Shown here one piece after another: positions 52,311 through 63,192 of a DNA stretch of 64,000 nucleotides; positions within the stretch are counted from its first letter, which is position 1; each line of letters opens with the position of its first letter. The DNA comes from Setoptus koraiensis. Lineage: Eukaryota; Animalia; Arthropoda. The stretch spans positions 13,950,001 through 14,014,000 of the forward strand of contig CM106586.1 in NCBI GenBank assembly GCA_048013815.1, read 5' to 3'. The notes below the pieces were generated by a model that was not told the origin of the DNA, made no database searches, and saw only the letters and a program-made list of their open reading frames with translations. Both the position numbers and the translations under genes were made by a program.

Positions 52311-53754
52311 GACAAGTGAGCCCCTGTGAGAACGACAACTGGATCATCGATGGAGTTTAAATTAAAATTAGACGACAGCAGCGTCAGACAAAAGAAGATT
52401 AAGGGCGTCGATTATAAATGTGCGCAATGATGACAATTTAAATTGAGATATCATCATCATGCCCTAATGATCTTTGTCTCTCTCGCTGCTCTCTCATCTT
52501 GCTGTCGTTTGCCCTTCTCATCGATTCTCGATTGGCTGCCTCTCGTTGCGACTGCATCAACTTTTTGCGACTTTTTGTCCTCTGCTCTTTGTTTGTTGCT
52601 CGCTCTCTCTCTCTCTCTCTGGCTCGTTGTCGTTGTGGGGCCACTAACTAGCTGTTAGCTGAGCAGTGTCTCGTTGCCTCGTCGGCTGTATCGCGCCGCA
52701 ATCTCGAAGCGACTAGAAAATTAGCGAATTGTGCTGTTCAATTTTGTGCCAGCGTCTCTCACTGTGAGTGTGTGAGAGTAGCCGCCAAACAAAGGCCTCA
52801 AAAAAACAATTAAGTCAGCGGGCAGCGCCTCCCCGAGCCGCGAACGCCACTGAACTGATACAATTGCTGCCGCTGTTGTTGTTGTTGTCGCTGCCGCTGT
52901 TGATGTTGTCGCTGTTGCTGTTGCTGCTGTTGTTGTCGCTGTTGTTACATCGCAACTCGACGGATTGGAATAATTATATTACATCATGTATTATCATAAA
53001 TGGCCACAATGCTGCGCTCGTTGGCCCGATGTAGCGAGTCTGCTCAATGAACGCGCCAAACAAACAAACAAACAAACAACAAACAGCAAACAAACAAACA
53101 AACGGTCGCCATCGAGAGACACAATGAGGATAACAATATTTAGCGAAAGAAAAATGATGGCCCTCTCATGGTTGCTCGTTGCTCGCCGTCGCCGCTGCCG
53201 CCGCCGCCGATGCTAATGATCAAACCACCGCCATGATTATTACATCACTCTGTTTGCCGCTTGCGCCCCTCTCCCTGGCCTGCATGCCATTAGCGTTGTC
53301 GCTGTCGTTGTCGCTGTCATCCTTTGCGCTCGTCGCGCTCGCTACACCCGACCAACCGACTACGGGCCAGACCCGACCAACCGGCGCACCCGACTGCGCG
53401 GCGCACCGGCACGCCCGACCAACCGGCGCACCGGCACAGCCGAGCGAACGGGGGCCAGATGGCGCCACCGACCCGGCGACAAGCTCACCTGTGAACCTGT
53501 GCGTTTTGAGTTTGTGCAAGTTTGTGCAAGTGCGATATGGTTGTGGCAATACGCGGCTCAACTGACAAGGCTCAACTTGTGAGCAAAGTGTGGCCACCGT
53601 TTCACCGGCTGACCAGCAATTGCGACTCTCAATAATTGACACTTGTTCTGCCTGTTGTTGTCGTCGCTACAATTATCGCCTGAATTATTGTTGTTTTGGC
53701 TAGACGCGTCGCCCGGCTCACGGGCTCAACAGCGACAGTCGACTGACGCCGCTC

Positions 53755-53811
53755 AACAGTGTCCAACAGTCACTGTTGAACAGTGTCCAACAGTCACTGT
53801 TGAACAGTGTC
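53755..53811. repeat. 24-nt tandem repeat, each unit containing the palindrome caacagt-c-actgttg
   Basis: aacagtgtccaacagtcactgttg x2.4. Confidence 0.9.
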
Positions 53812-55079
53812 GCGTCACAACAGTGGCGCCGTCAAGCAGTGTGACCGTTTGTGTGCCCATGTGTCAATTGTCAACTGTCAACTGTCACACGTCGGCCGTC
53901 CGAGGGCCGCCGCTGACACTTGTTGTCAGCTGTGCGTGTCAGCTGTGCGCTGACGCGGCCCACTGGCGCCGCCAGTGGCGACAAGTGGCGCGAAACAGGT
54001 GGCAATTAGAGTTGTTGTTGTTGACTTTAATTGGACAGTTGGCTGCGCGACAATTATCGCACGGCCGACTGTCATCGATTTATTGGCCAGAGCAGTCGTT
54101 TTGTCAGTTTGTCTATTTTATTTTCTCTTGGGCCTGCTGTCTCTAATGATTTGTCGTTGCTGCTGCTGCCGTCCCTGCCAACGCCAACAACAACGACAAC
54201 AACAACAACGACGCCAACGACAACGACGCCAACGACAACGACAGCAACGCCAACAACGACAACAGCAGCAACAACAACAAAGACAACAACAAAGACGAAA
54301 ACGACAACAACGACGACAACGAGCGCGCGGACAAACGGCGAGCCGCGTCCATTCATCGGCGGCATGTGTCGGGCATATTCACAGTAGTAGCAGTTGCATG
54401 TGTCCGGGGTACAACATATATCGGGCTACAAGACATGTCGCGGGGCATGCACTCAGATGCGCCATTCAGCGGTGTGCCCCGCCGGACAGTGTCCGGTGTC
54501 GCTCGGACGGCGCACCGAGGGCCGGAATTTATGAGCCTTGACCATGTCAACTATGTGCCACTTTGACAGGTCGCTACATACATGACATGCGATGGCTAAT
54601 GTGTATTAATGCCGTAATGCCGGCCGACAGCCAGTGGCCGTAATATAAATAGCAGTTTGTTGTCGACTTGATTTGAATATTGAATTCGGTCATACCAAAC
54701 AAGCACTTGTCGCAACGCTCACACGATTTATGGCCGTCCGACTGTTTGTTTGTTGCGCCATCGTTGTGCGTCATCGTGGCCGCCGTGCCCGTGTGCATCA
54801 TGTCGCACTGCCACACAATGTGCCGGTTGTGCACAGGGGCCCGCTCGCCCGGACACATCGGCGCGGCACAGCGAGCGAGCGAGCCGCCTAGAGCTTTGAG
54901 GGGGCGGGCGTCAGCGGCCGGCCCGGCCGCCATTCGACAGGAAGTGAAATGGGTCGCTTGTAAGCGGCTTCGGCAGCCAATGGCGACTGGCCATCGGATG
55001 TCGGCAAGGGCGCGCGCGTTGTCCGTGCCTATTGAGCGGGCACCGATCGATCGGCGAGCGGCCCCAACTGTCGCACATG

Positions 55080-55228
55080 GTGAATATCGCGAATAGCCGG
55101 CTGACATTCATGAATAGCCGTGAATATCGTGAGTAGCCGTGAATAGCCGTGAGTAGCCGTGAGTAGCCGTGAGTAGCCGTGAGTAGCCGTGAATAGCCGT
55201 GAATATCGTGAGTAGCCGCGAATAGCCG
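55080..55228. repeat. 10-nt minisatellite gtga(g/a)tagcc
   Basis: Roughly a dozen degenerate units, six containing GTGAGT. Confidence 0.95.
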
Positions 55229-56846
55229 GCCGACATGGGTGACATTCAAGATATTCAAGATGTTCAACAAGACAGCGTTAGTAGTGGCCATGCGGCTAAT
55301 GTATCCAATGGCGACGAAACGGCCAGCATGCGAGCTTGCCACAGGCGATCTTGGGCTCGTCGTCTTGCTGTTTGTGTTACATAATGCATGCATTATGCGA
55401 CACATTATGCGATGTCTTGATGATGTTTATGAACTTACAGAGTTGTTGTAATTGTAGCCAAGCAAAACAACAATTGCGTAACAGCGCCAAGAGGCGACAA
55501 AAGAGAAAAGCAGCAAGACAACAAACGCACAAATGAACAAACAATAAACAAGGGCAAATATATTTATATATTATCCACTTACAAATGTGTATATGTGCGC
55601 CAGGGATACAAACTGGCGACGAGACAAACAAATATATTATGTAATATAACAAATATAAGAGCAGATTAATGAGAGTCCCACACAAACACGGTCGCTTACG
55701 ATTACTGGCACACATTACATATTATTTCAAACAAACAAACATCGCCACGACATGACAACCATTTGCGTAGACGACATATTGCCATTGCGACATCATGTTG
55801 CGCAACACACAACTTGAGACAACGACCAACCGGCCGGGGGACAGCGAAATGACATTGGTCAGTCAGCGGGAACACTGTTCATGATGGATGACACTGTCTG
55901 TTAACTGTTAATCCGAGCCCACAATTAACAGCGACTTTTCAATTGCGAGCCCGCTGCCAGCCGGCAGCGAGCTCGCATCGCGCAGCCAAAAAACCAAAAA
56001 ACGCTTGCGCCCACCGCCCCATCGGCTGTGCCGGTGGCTGCAAGCGGCGATGCTCTGGCGGGCCGGCCAAACTCGCACGGGCCGGCAACGCTCGGGCGGG
56101 CGGGCCGGCGACACTCCGCAGAAGGGCGACACTCTGCAGAAGGGCGACGCTCGGGCGGGCCGGCTGGCAGCGACGGGCAGCGCAGGTGACGCCGAGAGCG
56201 ACAGTGAGGTGGCGCTCGTTAAATGGTCCAATGGCGCCCGTCTCTCATCTCGTCATCAATCATAATCCATTTCAGTCTATAGTGACTATACAGTGCCAGA
56301 CCATACAGACAGGTTGCTGCTGCTGCTGCCGGCCAACCGGCCGGCCATTGTGCCATCGCCAGCGTGCCACCAATGCTCACCTGTGTGACGATTCACTTCC
56401 GGTGTGCTAACCGCCGCTGCCGCCGCTGGCTGGCGTGGGTGTGCGTGTCGCGGTGTGCGTCGCGGTGTCGCTCAATACAAGTTGCTGTATTATGCAATGT
56501 ATGGCGCAAAAATGTGTATTTTGCAGAGTGTGGCACAGTGAGGCCGCCGCCGCCGCCGCCGCCGCCAACACAACAATATCCAAATTAGACAAAGGCGACC
56601 ATTTACAAACAAACAACTTGCATACATTATGTGCTCATTACATGCATTGTGTGCGCTGCATACAGGTACGCAAGTTGAATAAAAATAAAATTAGGCCTAC
56701 TGCTCACAATGATAATTTGGATAATTTACAGTCAGTTTTTAGGCAAACTGACTAACTGGCTTCATTATTCTTACCTTGTGCAGCGCTCTGATCATCGATG
56801 TCATTGTTGTTTGCGTTCTCTATTGCTTGTTACCTGGTCTGTTGTT

Positions 56847-56851
56847 GCCGT

Positions 56852-56922
<71 letters not shown>

Positions 56923-56925
56923 TAG
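56847..56925. repeat. (GTTGCT)n hexanucleotide microsatellite
   Basis: Direct repeat run. Confidence 0.95.
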
Positions 56926-58463
56926 TTGATGAATGAGGCGCTAACGACGGAGCCAGCGAACATTGACACTATTGTTGTTTGCCCGCCGCCAGTCTGGCTG
57001 TCTGGCCGGCTGTCTGGCGGCGGGCTGTTGTTTGTATCAACGGCGGGCACACGGAGAGTGTCTGACAAGTTTAAAAGAGTCATTATCTGAGTTGGTGTTA
57101 AATGAGACGAGCAGTAGATGTAAATGAATGCATCAATAACCTCACCACTTGTTGCTGCATTCATACTGTCCAAATAGTAATAAATAGTGTGTTAGCCTAC
57201 AACTGTCGCCTGTGCCTCTACTAGCATATCTAAATATATCCAAACATATCTAAATATATACATATGCAATTAGACAGACACAGACAGAGAGGGCGCCACT
57301 GATTGGTTTTTTAACACAAACATCATTAGCCAACGACAAACACACCAACGCGATCAAGAGAGGGAGCCACGCAACTCACAACTTGTCACTCGCACTCAAC
57401 CATTGTTTGTTGCTAGCTGGCAACACTGACTGGTGCTAATTAGTTGATGTCACTCAACTTTTGTTGTCAAATAATAATAACAATAATAGTAATAGTAATA
57501 ATAATAATGATAATAATCATAATAATGTTCAACATGCAATGTCATAATGACATAGTGGCCATTATGTGACGATTATTTGACGCTAGGCGACATTTTAAAC
57601 ATTGAGGACTTAATACTTATTCATATATATATAACTAACTACACTATGTCAACTGGCTAGTGAGTTAGTTAGTGGCACAATTTGATGGCGCCATTTAGAG
57701 TGGCTGGCGCAGTTCCTCACTCGCAACAAATAGACTAACAATTGGCCAACAATAATAATGATCTGGCTACAAGCTGGCACAAGTTACGTAATAATACTAA
57801 TTGTATTTGTCTATTTGTTGTTGTTGCTGTTGTTGCTGCTGCTGTTGTCGTTGCTGTTGTCGTTGTCGTTGTCTACATAAGAGGACGATAAAAGCAGGCG
57901 CCGAGTCGCTCTCCTGTTGATACTCCGGTAGCAGTATCAACAGCAGATTTATTGCCCTAGTTTGGGTCGCTAGTTCATTATTCAGGCAACAGCAACAACA
58001 ACAACAAGTATCTGGTGTCCAAATAGTGACCCATGACGAAAACAAATAATACATCAATGATGTAATTGTTGTTGTTGTTGTTTGTTTTCTTCTCAATATT
58101 GTTATTGTTATTGCTATGGCTATTGGTCGTTATTGATGATATTGTCATGCCCAGCTGACCCACTGTCAGCCCCCAAATGCAAAACAATAGCAAAAGGTGT
58201 CTGTATGGGATTTAATTGAGATGTCGCCAACAAGTGGCGACACTTTTGCTGCGACAGTGTCCATGCCATATACCTGTAAGCCTTACGTCATGTTACCGGT
58301 ATAAACTGTCAAACAAACCAACCAATATGCATCACAACATGAGTCGCCCACACAACAAACCCAATACAACCTGTCAGGTCCAATAGAATCCACGACAGGT
58401 GAGCTGAGGTCATACTTGCCATATTGCACTTGTGAGACACTCTTGTGATGACAACAAATGTAG

Positions 58464-58673
58464 CATGTCATCGTAAAATATCTGTATATTGTTATGTCCC
58501 ACGGGTACCACACGAATTGCGGCGAATCCTTCGAGTTCGAATGCTCAGAAAGCGAATCATTGGAATTCGAATCATTTGAGAGACTGACAATTGTGAGACA
58601 ATTTGAAAGGAAGAACCGAGACCAGGGTGAGATGGACGCGGACAGAAACGACAGCATAACAACAAATGAGTAA
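58464..58673 (+). CDS. Candidate 3'-terminal coding exon of an unidentified plus-strand gene (69 codons + stop)
   Basis: AG at 58462-58463, then open frame HVIVKYLYIVMSHGYHTNCGESFEFECSE...RQFERKNRDQGEMDADRNDSITTNE*. Repeat-free and codon-like. AATAAA at 58711 with a T-rich tract after it. No family recognised. Confidence 0.3.
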   Translation, partial: HVIVKYLYIVMSHGYHTNCGESFEFECSESESLEFESFERLTIVRQFERKNRDQGEMDADRNDSITTNE

Positions 58674-59274
58674 TTGTGACGCAACACCCGCAACTGGGTT
58701 ATTCGGTGGAAATAAAACTTAGCTTTTAATTTTATTTAATTTTATATATCTTATATAATCTTCTTCTCGCTCTTCGTCGCGTAGTCTCATTCTTGATATC
58801 GTTCTCTTCTTCGTTCTCCTCGCTTTACATTTGCATTTAGATTTTGATACCTCTATTATGTAATTGCATTATGTAATTGTACATGCGTGTGTGTGTGTGT
58901 GTCGTGTTGTAATTATTCACGTTGTTTCACTACTATATTCTGCATACATATTCTCTGTCTGTTGTGTGTCTCTGTCCTTATTACATGTATTAATTTATTA
59001 TTATTACCAGTATTAATTCTTGTTATTGGCATCTCATGACTGCTCAATTAGATCATCACACTGAATCCGGCTGACATTTGTGTGCTCCTATCAGTATTAC
59101 ATCCTCTCATTATAGGTGGGCTTGTTTCAACATTATTTCGATATTATTTCCATGTTAGTTTCAGTATTGTTTCAGTATTATGCATTTCTTCGGAGGAGGA
59201 ATAATGGCTCAAATAATGACCACGACCACGATCGTGAATCAATGACCATGGCGCAACACTAGCTGTAGTTGTAA

Positions 59275-59323
59275 TAGATGATGCAATAGATGATGCAATA
59301 GATGATGTAATAGATGATGCAAT
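59275..59323. promoter_or_regulatory. 12-nt tandem repeat x4, each unit carrying a C/EBP-ATF composite motif (TGATG[C/T]AAT)
   Basis: tagatgatgcaa x2, tagatgatgtaa, tagatgatgcaa. The repeat is certain; regulatory function is inferred. Confidence 0.4.
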
Positions 59324-59973
59324 TGCAATACTAATAGCAATGGGCAGTATTTGTGGTCAGCGAGTTGGCAATTTGTATTATTGCCAATGTGTGGTTGCAA
59401 ATGGCCCATTTTGTGTGTCGCCTCGCTCTTGTTTGTTGTGTGCGTGCGTTTGTTTGTTTGCTTGCTTGCTTGCGAAGCATTGCGTCATAAAGTGACCAGC
59501 ATAAACCGGCCGGCAAACCGCTGCCGGCCTTAATAGTCAGTCGGCCCAATCGGCTAATTAGTGCATTTGATACTCTCCACACTAGTAACTTATTCAATCA
59601 GTATCAGCGTGATGATGATGATGATGCAACAAATGCGCGAAAATGAGATCATTGTTATTTGTCGTAGCTTGCAAATAGTGGCCGTAAATGGCGTATTACG
59701 TAATCAAGCGAAATACGTTACGTTAATTTAATTACGTCACGTTAACAGAACACAATGCGGCAATTAAATCAATCAGTGCACACGCAGCGGCGGCACTGAT
59801 TTATCAGCTGACCATTATCAACCAGCGCCTGGCAGCTGCCTCTGTAACAATGAAACAGTCTAACCGACTTGCTCAACGGGCGCCACTTTGAGAGAGCGCG
59901 TTAATTGACGCTCCCACGACGCACTCCGCACGCAACAACCTGTTGTTGTTGTTGTTGGTGTTGTTGTTGTTGT

Positions 59974-60005
<32 letters not shown>

Positions 60006-60986
60006 TTGTTTGCGGCTTAATTTTTCGACTACTTAATGCTCAACGACTGACCAACAAACATGATCTAGCAGCGGTGCAGTGACTCGTGAGTCGCTATGGG
60101 TAACAATTACACGACTCTCTCATGTGTTTAAGTTGATCAGTTCAAGTCGTGTGTTCATTCATTACATCCGAGCATTGGGCAAGTATGGCCGTTGCGTAAT
60201 AGTTTTTGCCGGCGAATTGTGTGTCTCTTAATTGATAGTCGCCACTCGTAATCAATTAATGCGCTTAGGTGCATCGTAATTGTTTCGTTTGTATGTTGCG
60301 CAACATTGTTTCCACTTGCAACATTCCTGTCGTCTCTTACGTAATACTGCGAATACTTGACACACACAAACAATATGGCGGCATGTCATGTGATTGCTAT
60401 TATTACGAAATTACCATTATTATTACCATTATTTGCTCTGTAGGGTGACCGTCGTGTGACAAATGACACACTAAACTGAAATGCGCTGTTATACGCTGCC
60501 GGGTGCTGTTTCACCTGGCACTTGTCAGTATTTAGTAGTAATACTTTCCTATAGGAGTCGCCGATGCCGTTTGTGTGCCTGCCTGGTATTTGGCAGTTGG
60601 ACAAATTTGTTGTGATAGCGCCCCCTATCCAAGGCAAGCATGCATGTGATTGAGTCAGTATAACTGTTTGCAAGTGTTTATTTTCAATCAGGACACAGCT
60701 CAAGATGCACAAGTTGTGCGTGATTGCTCAACCCGTGCAGCGTGATGGTTTTGGCGTCATGGTTTTGTGCTGATAGCTTGGCTTTCACACTGCATTTGTG
60801 CCTTACTGTGTGCCGCACAGATTTGAGTCTTGTGCAGCACAAGCAAGTTGTGCTTGTGAATGCGCGCGCGCGTTTAGTGTGCCGGAAGTTACAGTGTGTT
60901 GCGCGCCAATTTACTTGCCTATAATACTTGTTGTCTGTTGCAGAGTGTCCAGTGTCCAGTGTGTTGTTATGCAAATTAGGTAGTGA

Positions 60987-60990
<4 letters not shown>

Positions 60991-61074
<84 letters not shown>

Positions 61075-61084
61075 TGTGTGTGTG
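60991..61084. repeat. Compound (TG)n microsatellite
   Basis: Direct dinucleotide run with GG interruptions. Confidence 0.97.
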
Positions 61085-63153
61085 CGAGAGAGTGTGCATT
61101 TTGGCGGTGGTAGTTAACGTTTTGTAATTGTTGCATTATCATTGTTTCGCGCCACTTGGCCACGTTATAGGTGCGTGGTTAGTGGTAGCGTCTGAACAAA
61201 TCCTATGAACTTTGCTATCCTCTTCACTAAGATCACGATTAATCCTTTAAGTCAATTAATTAATTAATTAGCGGGCCAATTTGTAATTGAGTTTGCCAAT
61301 CAATTAGAGATTAGATGCGAGCAGTGAATTAATGAAAGAGGTGGTGGCTATATGTGTGCTGCTACGATGCTTGTGTGTGTGTGTGTGTGTGTGCAATTAT
61401 CAAGTAGTAGTAGTAGATGTAGTTATATTACAGTCGTCGTTGGATTCCTCTCTTTGGCTAATCTAATAATAATCTAATTAATAATATATATATATATTTG
61501 CGTATGTGCTTATAATATCTTGTGATATAATCATTATAAATTCATGTGTTCATCTCGTGACTCGATTGCTGGTGTCAGCTCTGTCTGATTACTAATTTGC
61601 TAGCTTGCGTTTTTGTGTGATCTTGTGTGATGCGATGCGATGTGATGTAATAATATTTGTGTGTGTTTATAAGCTAACGAACGATGATTATTCACCCGTA
61701 GATCCAGTTGCGCGCGATCTATTTTGATTGCATAATAATAGTAATAGTAGTTGCTAGTTGTAGTGCTAATACAATGACAGCCACTGACAGCCAGTAACAC
61801 TGACTGCCACCAATAATAGTAATAATAATAGTGATAATAGTAATAGTAATAATAATAATAATGGAGTTAATTAGAATGAGAAGATTCCGCTGTTGGCGCC
61901 ACTGTGTCGAGACAGAGTATTATTAAGTTCATTTCATATTTATGCATCATTGTGGGCTACCCAAATGCGTGGCCCACAATAATTAGGTGGTCTCCTGTTA
62001 GTTGCTATTCCTCTCGCTATATCTATATCCACTTGCTATATCTGCTAGTGATTCAGCAAGTGTTAATATACATTTATAATATAATCAACGTAATAACAAT
62101 CAACAATTTAAACGATTTCTTCAGTGTGCATTCGCACACACACACACACACACGCACACAACAGGTAATTAATGTAGTAGATAATCCGCGTGCGCTATCT
62201 GCAAATGTCATAATAATATCAAAATATCATCTTTATCATTGTTATTAATATTATCATGAATATGGTAGCGTGCTAGCTTGTGTGTGTGTGTGTGTGTTGC
62301 TCTCTAATTTATTAATTATCACCACTAAACTCGGCCGGCAGATAACTAACCCTTTTTACAGTAGTTACACGCGCACACACTCACACAATTATAATTAATT
62401 GTTGTTCACCTTGTTCTAGTTTATCCGTTTGGGCTCCGTTGATTTGAGACGCGCAACTAGGTGATGATTGCGCAATCGTGAATTGTTGCGCAATTGGCTT
62501 CGTTTGATCGGCAAGTGGCTCGACAGGTGCCTCGACAGGTAAGTGTGCGTGTGTGTGTTTTCTCATTGTTGTTTATGGATATATTAGAGTGTGTGTGTGT
62601 GTGTGTGTGTGAGCCTCTTGAGCATCCACAGGAACGACTTGTCGCTTACAACACGCCAGACAACTGAGCACGCACTTGTGGTTTGTACAATTATTACATT
62701 TGTGTTGGTGTGTGTGTGTGTGTGTGTGTGTCTAAATAAATGTTGGGTGGTGTTCAATTATCAATATTATGATTATGTATTAATATTATCTATATCTACA
62801 TATAGATATTATATAATAATATAGGATATTTTTCTTCTTTCAAGTGGTGTGTTGATTGCGAAGACTTGTTTACTCTTGGTTGTGTGTTGTTTTCAGCATC
62901 GGCATCATCGTCGTCATCGTACACTTCTGATAATAGTATCTATTTCATTATTATTCATTAATAATAATGATAACATGGTTATAGTGTGCTCATAATATCT
63001 TTGTCTATTTACAATTGCATTTACATGTAAACCGTTGTTGCTTGAAGTTTGCGCGCCGCCATCCTATTCATCTTATCTGTTTTATTACATCATTACATCA
63101 TGTAATTCACATGTCACATTTGTGTTTGTGTAGCTAGTTTGGCCAAGATGATT

Positions 63154-63192
<39 letters not shown>

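Noticed and set aside
26000-56600. Numerous 100-230-aa ORFs in the GC-rich tract (e.g. 42464-43123, 44157-44861, 29812-30444)
   Set aside because: Ala/Arg/Pro/Gly-biased or repeat-derived, overlapping on both strands, with no domain motifs; expected in stop-poor GC-rich DNA.
25500-57000. Polycomb-response-element-like mix of GCCAT, GAGA and GTGT motifs (e.g. GCCGCCATTTT near 30483)
   Set aside because: The motifs are short and match the local GC and microsatellite background; enrichment cannot be shown by eye.
58422-58433. 12-nt match to the 5' end of miR-92 (tattgcacttgt)
   Set aside because: The 3' half diverges and no complementary 5' arm lies at precursor spacing.
59644-59655. 12-nt match to the 5' end of bantam (tgagatcattgt)
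   Set aside because: The rest of the mature sequence differs and no convincing hairpin forms.
61694-61705. 12-nt match to miR-100 nt 2-13 (acccgtagatcc)
   Set aside because: Only a 6-bp local stem; no star arm and no let-7 or miR-125 neighbours.
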